A DNA stretch of 64,000 nucleotides, from assembly GCA_028875225.1 (NCBI GenBank), contig JAPPFB010000018.1:2237-66236 (forward strand), written 5' to 3'. Below are positions 10,974 through 20,429 of the stretch, piece by piece. Every line of letters begins with the position of its first letter. The first letter of the stretch is position 1. Made by a program: the position numbers and the translations under genes. Source of the DNA: Chloroflexota bacterium (lineage in GTDB: Bacteria > Chloroflexota > Dehalococcoidia > Bin125). The notes under the pieces are model-generated. The model made no database searches. It was not told where the DNA came from and saw only the letters and a list, made by a program, of their open reading frames with translations.

Positions 10974-12143
10974 ATGTCCGACACTATTCCGCTGCGCTAC
11001 GGCATCAACCCGCACCAGTCGCCGGCGACGGCCTCGGCGATCGGCGAGTGGCCCTTCGAAATCCTCAACGGCCAACCGGGATACATCAACTTGCTCGACG
11101 CCATGAGCTCCTGGAACCTCGTACGCGAACTGCGCTCAGCGCTCGAGGTTCCCGCCGCGGCGTCGTTCAAGCATGTGTCACCTGCCGGCGCCGCCATCGG
11201 TCTGCCCATCGGCGATCGGCTGGCTCGCGCGTACGAGGTTGAGCGGTTGGATCTGTCGCCTGTTGCCGCGGCATATGTCCGCGCCCGCGGCGGAGACCTG
11301 GTCAGCGCCTACGGCGACTTCGCCGCCGTCTCGGACGTGGTCGACGAATCGCTGGCTCGCTTCCTGCGCCGCGAGGTCTCGGACGGCATCATCGCTCCCG
11401 GTTACGAGCCGGCAGCGATCGAAATTTTGCAAAAGAAGAAGGGCGGGCGCTATCTCATCCTTCAGGCCGATCCCGACGCAGACGTTCCGACGGTTGAGTC
11501 CCGTGATCACTTCGGTATCCGCCTGGAGCAGCCGCTCGACCGCAAGCTCATCGATGGCTCCATCTTCGCCAACCCCGTGACAGAACAGACCGACTTTCCC
11601 GCCGATGTCCGGCGCGATCTGCTGGTCGCCACGATCGCGCTGCGCTACACACAGTCCAACTCGGTCTCCGTCGCCGCCGACGGCCAGGTGATCGGCCTGG
11701 GTGCGGGGCAACAGTCGCGGATTCACTGCACGCGTCTCGCCTGCGGCAAGGCTGACCGTTGGATGCTGCAACAGCACGATCGTGTGCTGGACCTGGAGTT
11801 CGACTCATCGCTCAAGCGTCCCGACCGATTCGCCGCCCGCGAGCAATACATCGCCTGGAACGAACTCTCCGAGCCGGAGCGCGCTCGGTTGCAGTCCCAG
11901 ATCGTGAACTGGTCCGGCCCCCTGAGCGATGACGAGCGCCGAGAGTGGATCGGCCAGTTCCAGACCGTCCTCAGCCACGACGCCTTCATGCCCTTCCGCG
12001 ACAACGTCGACCGCGCTCAGGCGTCGGCCGTAACTCACATTCTGCAGCCGGGGGGCTCAATCGCCGACAGTGACACCACAGATGCGTGCAACCAGTACGG
12101 CATCGTCATGGCGCTTACAGGACAACGGTTGTTCCGCCATTGA
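10974..12143 (+). CDS. AICAR formyltransferase domain only (PurH C-terminal domain homolog, PurH2-like), no IMP cyclohydrolase domain
   Basis: 389 aa. YGINPHQ near the N-terminus, FKHVSPAGAAIG, C-terminal SHDAFMPFRDNVD. These match the AICARFT half of PurH. The MGS-like IMPCH domain is absent. Confidence 0.7.
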   Translation: MSDTIPLRYGINPHQSPATASAIGEWPFEILNGQPGYINLLDAMSSWNLVRELRSALEVPAAASFKHVSPAGAAIGLPIGDRLARAYEVERLDLSPVAAAYVRARGGDLVSAYGDFAAVSDVVDESLARFLRREVSDGIIAPGYEPAAIEILQKKKGGRYLILQADPDADVPTVESRDHFGIRLEQPLDRKLIDGSIFANPVTEQTDFPADVRRDLLVATIALRYTQSNSVSVAADGQVIGLGAGQQSRIHCTRLACGKADRWMLQQHDRVLDLEFDSSLKRPDRFAAREQYIAWNELSEPERARLQSQIVNWSGPLSDDERREWIGQFQTVLSHDAFMPFRDNVDRAQASAVTHILQPGGSIADSDTTDACNQYGIVMALTGQRLFRH

Positions 12144-12173
12144 TCCGCCACTGATCAGTTGTAACCTCGTTTC

Positions 12174-13820
12174 ATGTCCACCTTTACTGAATCTCCAATC
12201 GCCCTCTACGACACGCTGCTCCGAGATGGATCGCAGATGGAGGGCATTGCCTTTTCCCTGCAGGACAAGATCACGGTCGCGCGGCGTCTGGATTCGATCG
12301 GAATGCACTACGTCGAGGGCGGGTTCCCCGGCTCCAACGAGAAGGACAAGCAGTTCTTCGAGCGGATGAAGTCGCAACCGCTCGAGCGAGCCAAACTGGT
12401 CGCATTTGGCGGCACACGCAAGCCGGGCGCAGACGTCGAGACCGATTTCAACATCGTGGCCCTGCGCGAGGCCGAGACGCCGGTCGTCACGTTTGTCGGC
12501 AAGGCGATCGCCTCGCAGGTCAAGACGGTGCTCAACACCTCGCGCGAAGAAAACCTCTCGATGGTTCGTGAGTCAGTGGAGTACATGGCCTCAATCGGCC
12601 GTGAGGTTCACTTCGACGCCGAACACTTCTTCGACGGCTTCAAGCAGGATCCCGACTACACGCTCAATGTCGTCAGCACCGCGTTCCGTTCGGGCGCGCA
12701 ATACCTGATCCTCTGCGACACCAATGGCGGCGCGATGACGGACGAAGTGTCCAATGCGGTCCAGGCCGTTCGGGAGATGCTGCCCGAAGCCAAGCTCGGC
12801 ATCCACACCCACAATGACTGCGACCTGGCGGTAGCCAACTCGCTCGCCGCCGTCCAGGCCGGCGTGACCCAGGTCCAGGGTTGCCTCAACGGCTACGGCG
12901 AGCGTTGCGGCAACGCCAACCTCTCTTCGATCATTCCCAACCTGCAACTCAAGATGGGACTCCGCGTCGTCGAGGATCACCAACTCCAGGAGATCACCAC
13001 GGCGTCGCGATTCATCGCGGAACTTGCCAACTTGCCGCTCAACGGTCTGTCACCGTATGTCGGCGCGTCGGCGTTCGCTCACAAGGCCGGCTACCACGTA
13101 GCTGCCGTGGTCAAGGATCCTGCTCACTATCAACACATTGAGCCCGCCGATGTCGGCAACGACCGGCGAGTACTGGTCTCGGAACTTTCGGGTCGACGCA
13201 ACATCCAGGTCAAGCTTGAGGAGCGCGGACACGATCTGCCGCTCTCCCCGGAGGAGACCACGGAGTTGCTGGGCCGGGTCAAGCAGATGGAATCGCGAGG
13301 TTTCCAGTACGAGGCCGCTGACGCTTCGTTCGAGCTGCTCGCGCTCCGCTCACGACCCGACTACATTGCGCCGTTCGAACTCGATGACTTCCTGGTCATC
13401 GAGCGCCGTCGCCCGGGAACGTCGCAGGCCGCCAACGGTGGCGCCGACGAATCGCTGATGATGGCCGAAGCCACCACCAAGATCCGCGTCGACGATGAAC
13501 TCTTCCACACCACGGCCGACGGCAACGGCCCGGTCAACGCGCTTGACCGAGCCGCGCGCAAGGGTCTTGAACTGGCCTATCCCGAACTCAAGGCGGTATC
13601 CCTGCTCGACTACAAGGTGCGGATCATCGACGCCGACTCCGGCACCGAAGCCCAGACCAGGGCGCTGATCGAGTCAACCGACGGCAAACACACCTGGGCG
13701 ACCGTCGGCGCGTCGCCCGATGTGATCGAGGCCTCGTGGCTCGCCCTCGCCGACGCCTATGAGTACTACCTGTTGCATCGCGAGCAGTGGCGGGAAGAAG
13801 ACGGGCACATCGCCGGCTGA
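12174..13820 (+). CDS. cimA: Citramalate synthase / 2-isopropylmalate synthase family (LeuA-dimer C-terminal domain present)
   Basis: 548 aa. DTLLRDGSQ, HTHNDCDLAVANSLAAV, C-terminal regulatory-domain-like region. Length and N-terminus fit CimA better than LeuA. The symbol is tentative. Confidence 0.7.
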   Translation: MSTFTESPIALYDTLLRDGSQMEGIAFSLQDKITVARRLDSIGMHYVEGGFPGSNEKDKQFFERMKSQPLERAKLVAFGGTRKPGADVETDFNIVALREAETPVVTFVGKAIASQVKTVLNTSREENLSMVRESVEYMASIGREVHFDAEHFFDGFKQDPDYTLNVVSTAFRSGAQYLILCDTNGGAMTDEVSNAVQAVREMLPEAKLGIHTHNDCDLAVANSLAAVQAGVTQVQGCLNGYGERCGNANLSSIIPNLQLKMGLRVVEDHQLQEITTASRFIAELANLPLNGLSPYVGASAFAHKAGYHVAAVVKDPAHYQHIEPADVGNDRRVLVSELSGRRNIQVKLEERGHDLPLSPEETTELLGRVKQMESRGFQYEAADASFELLALRSRPDYIAPFELDDFLVIERRRPGTSQAANGGADESLMMAEATTKIRVDDELFHTTADGNGPVNALDRAARKGLELAYPELKAVSLLDYKVRIIDADSGTEAQTRALIESTDGKHTWATVGASPDVIEASWLALADAYEYYLLHREQWREEDGHIAG

Positions 13821-13957
13821 ACGGCAACGTTGGACGGTCGTTGGCGATCCGAAGTGTGCAGCCGCTAACATACGCATTGGACATCGGGGGCTGCTGCTGA
13901 GCGGGACTGTGCTGTGGAGGCCGGCGAGCGGGCGTGGCCCTAGGGAGATGCGGGGCG

Positions 13958-14182
13958 ATGGCGAACGATACGCTCGACGTGGTTCAAGGCGGATTTCCCC
14001 GCTGCGCGCAGTGTGAGAAGGGTGTGTTAGTGCCCCTCTCCGACTTCGGCGGCCAAGGGGCGGCGGTGCACTTCAAAGCCTGGGTCTGCACCGACCCCAA
14101 GTGCCTCTTCAACCTCAAGATCCGCAACGGCGACGTCTACCTCAACGAACCGATCTACGACGGCCGCGACGACCGCCGCTAA
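13958..14182 (+). CDS. Small zinc-ribbon protein (CxxC...CxxxxC)
   Basis: Internal ATG of track ORF 13934..14182 with GGGAGA RBS 9 nt upstream. Two Cys pairs (CAQCEK, CTDPKC). Confidence 0.45.
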   Translation: MANDTLDVVQGGFPRCAQCEKGVLVPLSDFGGQGAAVHFKAWVCTDPKCLFNLKIRNGDVYLNEPIYDGRDDRR

Positions 14183-14188
14183 CAGACA

Positions 14189-14308
14189 AGAGCTCCCCCT
14201 CTGGGCCAACTGGGCCGAAGGGCCTGAGGGGGCCCGCTTTCGCCTGTCCTTCGGGATACGGGGAGCCCGCTCAGTCGCTCCGCGACAGCTCCCCCGGAGG
14301 GGGAGCTC
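14189..14308. repeat. Inverted pair of ~45 bp palindromic repeat units (MITE-like composite)
   Basis: Left arm GAGCTCCCCCTCTGGG...CTGAGGGGGCC, ~30 bp spacer, right arm is the reverse complement (...GCTCAGTCGCTCCGCGACAGCTCCCCCGGAGGGGGAGCTC). The same unit recurs at 7 other loci. The 25 nt AACAGACAAGAGCTCCCCCTCTGGG also occurs at 52069-52093. Confidence 0.8.
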
Positions 14309-14333
14309 TTGATCGTCGAGACATGGAGCAGCA

Positions 14334-15473
14334 ATGAACATCGCCAGCGTCGACGTCTTTCCCATCATGTCCTGGCGACCCCACCTGTTCGTCACTGTCA
14401 CCGCCGACGACGGAACCTACGGCGTTGGTGAGTCGGGCTTGAGCTGGCAGGAGAAGCCGATCGCCGCCGCCATCGAGCGTTTCTCGGAACTGGTCGTCGG
14501 CGAAGATCCGATGCGCACCGAGCACCTCTGGCAGCTCATGGCCCGTGCCTCCTTCTTCCCGGCCGACCGGATCAACTGCGCCGCCATCTCCGCCATCGAC
14601 CTCGCGCTCTGGGATCTCAAGGGCAAGCTGCTGGGACAGCCCGTCTACAACCTGATTGGCGGACTCGTCCGCGACCGGATTCACTGCTATCCGCACAACG
14701 AAGGCGAGGACGACCCTCCCAAGCTGATTGCTGACATCGAGCGCACCGTCGCCGACGGCTGGCGTTTCGCCCGCTGGGGCTTCAGCGGCACGACCGGCGA
14801 GGCCTTTGACCCGTCCGATGCCGTGCGCAAGTCCGTCCGCGCGATCGAAGCCGTCCGCTCCCACTTCGGACCAGAGTTGGAACTCTGCGTCGATGTCCAC
14901 ACCCGCATCGATCTGCCAGACGCACTCCGCTACTGCCGCGCGGTCGAGGACTTCCATCCGTTCTTCATCGAGGACGCACTCCGCTCCGAGCGACCCGAGT
15001 CATATCGGCGCCTGCGCGAGCGCACCAGCGTCCCGCTCGCCGCCGGCGAGCAGTGGTTCACCAAGTGGGGTTTTGCGACCGCGATCGAGGAAGAGCTGAT
15101 CGACTACGCCCGCATCGACCTCTGTCTGGTCGGCGGCTTCACCGAGGCGCTCAAGATCGCTCGCTGGGCCGAGACGCATCACATCCAGATCGTCCCGCAC
15201 AATCCGCTCGGACCGGTCTCATCGGCCGCCGGCGCGCACCTGACCCTCGCCGCCGCCAATGCCGGAGTGCTCGAAATGGCCAAGGAGCCGGGCACGAACC
15301 TCCAGGATGTCTTCCCCGAGCAGACCCCGTTCGAGCGCGGCCACGCCCTGCCCACCGACCAGCCCGGTTGGGGTATCACATTCGACGCTGAAGCTGCATC
15401 CAGGTATCCAGAACCGGGCGTCGGCTACGCGCCGATGCTGCATCGCCGCGACGGATCATTCACGAATTGGTGA
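14334..15473 (+). CDS. Enolase-superfamily dehydratase (mandelate racemase/muconate lactonizing enzyme family, D-galactonate/mannonate dehydratase-like)
   Basis: 379 aa. MR/MLE N- and C-domain motifs ([15 protein letters not shown], metal-binding D/E/D ladder). Confidence 0.8.
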   Translation: MNIASVDVFPIMSWRPHLFVTVTADDGTYGVGESGLSWQEKPIAAAIERFSELVVGEDPMRTEHLWQLMARASFFPADRINCAAISAIDLALWDLKGKLLGQPVYNLIGGLVRDRIHCYPHNEGEDDPPKLIADIERTVADGWRFARWGFSGTTGEAFDPSDAVRKSVRAIEAVRSHFGPELELCVDVHTRIDLPDALRYCRAVEDFHPFFIEDALRSERPESYRRLRERTSVPLAAGEQWFTKWGFATAIEEELIDYARIDLCLVGGFTEALKIARWAETHHIQIVPHNPLGPVSSAAGAHLTLAAANAGVLEMAKEPGTNLQDVFPEQTPFERGHALPTDQPGWGITFDAEAASRYPEPGVGYAPMLHRRDGSFTNW

Positions 15474-15497
15474 GGGCTGGTAGTAAGCTGAATCGGT

Positions 15498-15574
<77 letters not shown>

Positions 15575-15803
15575 TCTCAATTCTCCTGTTGACGCTCCGA
15601 TTACAGTCCTTACGCCGTCGCTAAACAGCGCCGATCCTGCCGGCGTACTCTCGACCTCGAACGACTGAGATGCGCTTGACATACAGATTCGTTGGACGAC
15701 ATGAACTCGCGACGCACCAGCATCCTTCCCGACGCCATCTTTCTCACCATCGCCATCATTGCCCTGACGCTCCTGATCGTCACCTGACCGGCCCAGAACC
15801 GGC

Positions 15804-17090
15804 TCAGGTTCGTTGGAACGGTTGCGGCAACCGGCTCGCGATCAGGAACACCACGCAACTCGCTGCCACGCAAATCGCATAGATGATCAACACCAGGTCG
15901 TAGCTGCCGTTCCGGTCATAGATGCTTCCGGCGATGATCGGCGAGAAGACGATCGCGATCGTTTGGAACAGGAACGCCGTGCCCATGATCGTGGCGAAGT
16001 TCTTCAATCCGAACGCGCGTGAGAGCATCAGAGCCTCCAATGGAGGAGTCGCGGCGAAGCCGACGATGTACAGCACCACCGCGACGCTGACGCCAGGAAT
16101 GTTGCCTCCGGTGGCATAGAGCACCAGTAGCGATCCGCACACGAACAGCGCTCCTACCGCGGCGATTCGTTCGGGCCGGCGGAACCGCTCCAACTGCGAT
16201 CCGGCTGTCAGCAACCAGATCACCGCGCCGCCGGCCGTCAACGACACGATCTGCGCCGACCAGGTGTCGGAGAAGCCAACGGAGCGGTAGTAGGGCACGC
16301 CCTGAGACATCCAGCCGAAGACGACGAAGTAGAGCAGCATCAGGCCGAAGACCAGCGCCCAGAAGAGCGGCGTACGCATGGTCTGACCGATCGTCAGTCC
16401 GCTCAGTGCGACCTGTTGCTGCGAGGGTGCTCCTGCCGTCGTCGCCAGCGGTGCGTCGTGTTCCGTCGGCCTGGGCTGATCGCGCACGAAGATGAATGCC
16501 ACGATGTACGCGCCTACGACGAGCATGGCCGAGTAGAGGAAGGCGTCCTCCCAGCCCAACCTGGAGATGATGATCTGGACCAGCGGCAGCATCACCAGCT
16601 GCCCCATCCAGACCGACGCGCCGATGATGCTCAATGCGACGGCCCGCCGACGGTCGAACCAGCGCACCGCCAACGCCTGCGCCGGGATGTACGCGATCAA
16701 GCCCAGCGCCAACGAGGACAACCCCAGGTAGACGTACCACTGCCAGAGCTCGGTCATGAAGGCCAGCAGCACGAACGCCGCGGCACAGAGCGGGGCGCCG
16801 ATCAGCATCAATCGCCGAGGTCCCACCACATCAATCAGGCGGCCGATGAACGGCGCAAACAGTCCAATCGTGCCGACCGTGACCGAGAATCCCATCGAGA
16901 CCTGCGCTCGCGACCAGCCGAAGTGATTCTCCAGCGGCAAGGTGTACGCGCTCAGCGAACCGATCGTCACCCCCTCGGCCACCACCAGCGCCACGACCAT
17001 GCCGAACAGCACGTACCAGCCGTAGTAGAACCGGCTAATCCGCCAACGCTTGAGACCGCGAGGTTCGTAGGTCGTCGCTTCGACAGCCAT
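15804..17090 (-). CDS. MFS transporter
   Basis: Track ORF 15804..17174. Its first 28 codons are a translation of the palindromic repeat, so the real start is probably [10 protein letters not shown] at about 17090. 12 predicted TM segments. Confidence 0.8.
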   Translation of the reverse strand: MAVEATTYEPRGLKRWRISRFYYGWYVLFGMVVALVVAEGVTIGSLSAYTLPLENHFGWSRAQVSMGFSVTVGTIGLFAPFIGRLIDVVGPRRLMLIGAPLCAAAFVLLAFMTELWQWYVYLGLSSLALGLIAYIPAQALAVRWFDRRRAVALSIIGASVWMGQLVMLPLVQIIISRLGWEDAFLYSAMLVVGAYIVAFIFVRDQPRPTEHDAPLATTAGAPSQQQVALSGLTIGQTMRTPLFWALVFGLMLLYFVVFGWMSQGVPYYRSVGFSDTWSAQIVSLTAGGAVIWLLTAGSQLERFRRPERIAAVGALFVCGSLLVLYATGGNIPGVSVAVVLYIVGFAATPPLEALMLSRAFGLKNFATIMGTAFLFQTIAIVFSPIIAGSIYDRNGSYDLVLIIYAICVAASCVVFLIASRLPQPFQRT

Positions 17091-17113
17091 AGCCTGCAGG
17101 CTACCGCGACATT

Positions 17114-17157
17114 CGACCTCCCCCTCTGGGGGAGGTGTCACGAAGTGACGGAGGGGG
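17114..17157. repeat. Single ~45 bp palindromic repeat unit
   Basis: GACCTCCCCCTCTGGGGGAGGTGTCACGAAGTGACGGAGGGGGC in the divergent region between the MFS and amidohydrolase genes. Confidence 0.8.
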
Positions 17158-17220
17158 CTCCCTCGAACGCTCACACACTATCCTGATCGCCAACGACCGC
17201 CAGAGACCGAGAGACGTCCC

Positions 17221-18354
17221 ATGACCACGACCCTGAGCAGCATCAGCACCACCCCACTGCCCTGGCCGAACCAGCGCGAATTGCCCGAGACCACCCGGCC
17301 GCTGCCTGCCGGCACGACGGTCATCTCGGCCGACAGTCACTGGCTGGAAACGGGCGAGTTCATCGACCGCATGCCCGCGAAGTACCGCGACCGCGCCCCG
17401 CGCGGCGTCTTCAATGAGCGCGGTTTCCACATGGAGATCGACGGCGAGACGACCGACAACCCGGCCATGCCCAGCGAGATGATCGAAGGCCGCGCCGGGA
17501 TGTGGGACGCCGGCGTCCGCGTTGATGAGATCAGGCGCGAGGGCGTCGACCAGGAGATTCTCTTCCCGCAGCGCATGCTTGGTGTGATCCGCAACAAGGA
17601 TTTCGACTACATCCAGGCCTGCATGGACGCCTACAACGAGATGCTGGCCGACTTCTGCGCCAAGTATCCCGACAAGCTGCACGGCCTGGCGCTGCTGAGC
17701 TACTGGAACCCCGAAGCGACCGAGGACGAGCTGCAGAAGATCAAGGCGCTCGGCTTCAAGGGCGTGCTCATGCCTTCGCTGCCGCCGCCGCACTCCAAGG
17801 TCTATTACAACGCCCGCGCCCTGGAACCGATGTGGAAGGCGATCGGCGAATCCGGCCTGCCGCTTAGCTTCCACGTCGGCGAGACCTTCGACGCCCGCGG
17901 GCAGGGCGGCCTGGCCACGACCATCGTGGTCGCCTTCCAGCCCTTCCGACGTCTGTTCGCGCTGCTGGCGTTCGCCGGCATCTTCGAGCGCAACCCCGGG
18001 CTGCGCGTCGTCTTCACCGAGGGCGGCATCTCCTGGGTGCCCAGTTGCCTCTTCGACTGCGACAAGGTCTACGCCTCGTTCGAGAGCGAGATGACGCCCA
18101 AGCTGGCCAAGCCGCCCAGCCACTACTGGTTTGAGAACTGCTACGCCACCTTCATCGAGGACCCCTCAGGCCTGCGCCAACTCGACCTGATCGGCGTCGA
18201 CAAGGTCCTCTGGGGCTCCGACTACCCGCACCCCGAAAGCGCCGTCGGCTACACCCAGCAATCCCTCTGGGACGTCTTCGACGCGACTGATTCGATCGAA
18301 GACGCCCAGAAGATCGTCGGCGGCAACGCCAAAGAAATCTGGGGCCTCGCCTGA
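17221..18354 (+). CDS. Amidohydrolase-2 family (ACMSD-like TIM-barrel metal-dependent hydrolase)
   Basis: 377 aa. SADSHWLE near the N-terminus, HVGE, WGSDYPHPE C-terminal motif. Confidence 0.75.
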   Translation: MTTTLSSISTTPLPWPNQRELPETTRPLPAGTTVISADSHWLETGEFIDRMPAKYRDRAPRGVFNERGFHMEIDGETTDNPAMPSEMIEGRAGMWDAGVRVDEIRREGVDQEILFPQRMLGVIRNKDFDYIQACMDAYNEMLADFCAKYPDKLHGLALLSYWNPEATEDELQKIKALGFKGVLMPSLPPPHSKVYYNARALEPMWKAIGESGLPLSFHVGETFDARGQGGLATTIVVAFQPFRRLFALLAFAGIFERNPGLRVVFTEGGISWVPSCLFDCDKVYASFESEMTPKLAKPPSHYWFENCYATFIEDPSGLRQLDLIGVDKVLWGSDYPHPESAVGYTQQSLWDVFDATDSIEDAQKIVGGNAKEIWGLA

Positions 18355-18443
18355 CCCACCGACCGCGCATCGTCTCGCCGGACGAGGCCGCGGCCTCGAT
18401 CTCCGATGGCGCCTCGATCACGATCTCCGGCACGATCGGCTAC

Positions 18444-20000
18444 ATGCTGCCGATCCCCATCCTCGACGCCATCGAGGCGCGCTTCCTCTCCGAAGGCCAT
18501 CCCCGCGATCTGAGCTGGTTCGACGTCTTCCCCACCGGTCTGGCCGGGATCGAGCCGCTCGCTCACCACGGACTGCTGAGGCGAGTGATCAGCGGCTGGT
18601 ACACGCTGCATCCCAGGTTGCGCGAAATGGCGCTCGCCGAAGAGGTCGCGGCGTACTGCTACCCATTGGGCACGTTGGGCTTCTGGTGTCGCGCCAGCGC
18701 CGCGGGTCAGTCCCTGCTGACCCAGACCGGTCTCGACACCTACATGGACCCGACCCATCCCGACTCGTGCGCTGGAGGACGGCTCAATCGGGCGGCGTCC
18801 GAATCGCTGGTCCAGCGCGTCGAGTACGACGACGGGCCGCAGCTCATGTTCCGGCCGATGCCAATCGATGTCGCGATGATCCGAGGCTCGACGGTCGATC
18901 GCGCCGGCAACCTCTCGCTCGAGGACGAGCAGGTCACGATGAGCGTCCTCTACCAGGCGCTCGCGGCCAGACGGCAACCAGAAGGCCAGGTCATTGTCCA
19001 GGCCGCTCGGTTGGTCGATGAAGGTGAGATTCCGGCTCGAAGCGTTGCCGTGCCAGGCGAACTCGTTGATCAGATCGTGATTCATCCCGACTCCCACATC
19101 GACGAGTCGGCGCCGATGCTCGACTGGCTCGACCAGGAGGCGCGACTGTCGCGTCCCCCGAGACAGGTCCTCCTCGACCACGACACCGAGGTTTGGCGGC
19201 GCTGGCAGGAGACGGGCGAGTCTCCGCCGTTGGTCGAGCGACGGCTGACCGCCGATGTGCTCGCCGGCCGTCGCGCACTCATGCAGCTCAACAGAGGCGA
19301 GCTGGTCAATCTCGGGCTCGGCCCGCCGATGCGCGATGTCGCCTCAGCGGCCGTCGACGACGATGTCGACCTCGAACTGCGATTCTCCGTCGAGACCGGA
19401 GTACTCGGCGGCACAATGAACGGTCGCTGGTACCGCTCCGGCGTCACCAGCATCCTCGAAACTCCCGACATCTTCAGCCTCTACACCACCACGGTCATGG
19501 ACGCTTCCTGCCTCGGCATGCTTGAGTTCGACGCCGAGGGCAACGTCAACCTGCTCCGCTACGGCGACACCATCGTCGGACCGGGCGGCTCGATGGATAT
19601 CGCCGCGCACATCAAGCGGATCATCTTCCTCGGACCGTTTCGCGCCGGCAGCCTCGACGCGATCGGTAAGGATGGTCGCCTCCACATCCGGAGCGAGGGC
19701 GCATTCCCGCGCGCAGTCGAGCAAGTCCAGGCCGTCTGCTTCAACGGTCCTCGCATGCTCGAACAGGGCAAGACTGTCCACTACGTCACCGAACGAGCCG
19801 TCTTCCAACTCACCACAAGCGGTCCCAAGCTCACCGAGATCGCCCCCGGCATCGATCTCCAATCAGACATCCTCGATCAGATGGAGTTCACCCCGGCGAT
19901 CTCATCCGACCTCCGAGATATGGACCCGCGTATCTTCACCATGGGCCCAATTGGTATCCGTGAGGATTGGGGACTCCCTCCACTGGAAGCCGACGCGTAG
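18444..20000 (+). CDS. Family I CoA-transferase (acetyl-CoA hydrolase/transferase, YdiF/propionate CoA-transferase-like, fused alpha-beta)
   Basis: 518 aa from ATG at 18444. The same frame upstream to about 18351 encodes RIVSPDEAAASISDGASITISGTIGY, which matches the conserved N-terminus of this family. The true start is probably upstream and non-canonical. Confidence 0.7.
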   Translation: MLPIPILDAIEARFLSEGHPRDLSWFDVFPTGLAGIEPLAHHGLLRRVISGWYTLHPRLREMALAEEVAAYCYPLGTLGFWCRASAAGQSLLTQTGLDTYMDPTHPDSCAGGRLNRAASESLVQRVEYDDGPQLMFRPMPIDVAMIRGSTVDRAGNLSLEDEQVTMSVLYQALAARRQPEGQVIVQAARLVDEGEIPARSVAVPGELVDQIVIHPDSHIDESAPMLDWLDQEARLSRPPRQVLLDHDTEVWRRWQETGESPPLVERRLTADVLAGRRALMQLNRGELVNLGLGPPMRDVASAAVDDDVDLELRFSVETGVLGGTMNGRWYRSGVTSILETPDIFSLYTTTVMDASCLGMLEFDAEGNVNLLRYGDTIVGPGGSMDIAAHIKRIIFLGPFRAGSLDAIGKDGRLHIRSEGAFPRAVEQVQAVCFNGPRMLEQGKTVHYVTERAVFQLTTSGPKLTEIAPGIDLQSDILDQMEFTPAISSDLRDMDPRIFTMGPIGIREDWGLPPLEADA

Positions 20001-20429
20001 CTTTTCGCCCGATACAGCTTGCGTCCGACTTGGCTAGCCGACAGCCGAACAGTGCTGGCCCTTGCGGTCCCAATCGACCGATGCCCCAGTAGAACATGGG
20101 AGCGATTAGCACAAGGTCTCCACACCGAGCAGTTGCTCAAGGGGAGGACATCAATGCGCGATGGCTAGCCGACAAAGTTGCCGTCTCCCAAAGAACAAGT
20201 GGTTGACACGGTCGCTCTCGGCGAACCAGGGCCTTCCAAACCCGACCAAAGCCAACCACCTCGGGACGCCTTCATTCGGCGGATTCCCAGTGTTTCACGG
20301 CACTTCGCAGCTCTTTTTCTCCAGGGCTGCCCGGAGAAAGAGTTTCGGACCAACCACCTGAGCGCGTACCACCTACCCTGCCGTTGAGCCCGCTGTTACG
20401 CAGTTCCGCTTCTTGAATCGAGGCCGACC
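20001..20429. other. 429 bp non-coding region, visibly lower GC than flanks; possible leader or small RNA
   Basis: No ORF with genome-typical GC3 (the 66-codon ORF 20161..20361 has GC3 of about 68%). Twice-occurring GGCTAGCCGACA motif. Strong GGGGAGGA RBS followed by a 4-codon mini-ORF (ATG CGC GAT GGC TAG) at ~20154. TTGACA hexamer at ~20205. Confidence 0.4.

Noticed and set aside
14027-14401. Small ORFs whose translations contain PPPEGE, SPSGGG, LPLWGR or LPQWG (e.g. 14027..14401, 16416..17186, 49446..50075, 56950..57198, 62111..62548, 62811..63629)
   Set aside because: These are six-frame translations of the palindromic repeat unit. Identical peptide motifs arise in several frames and strands at every repeat locus, so they are not genes.
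17101-18123. 340-aa minus-strand ORF (also 18249..19181, 20373..21455, 21786..22367)
   Set aside because: Antisense shadows of the amidohydrolase, family I CoA-transferase and 628-aa genes. Gly/Arg/Asp-rich, with no motifs.
20161-20361. 66-aa ORF in the 429 bp gap with a good upstream RBS
   Set aside because: GC3 of about 68% is far below the ~85-90% of genuine genes here. Composition is Ser/Arg/Pro/Lys-rich. The RBS is better positioned for the 4-codon mini-ORF at 20154. Kept only as part of the non-coding-region finding.
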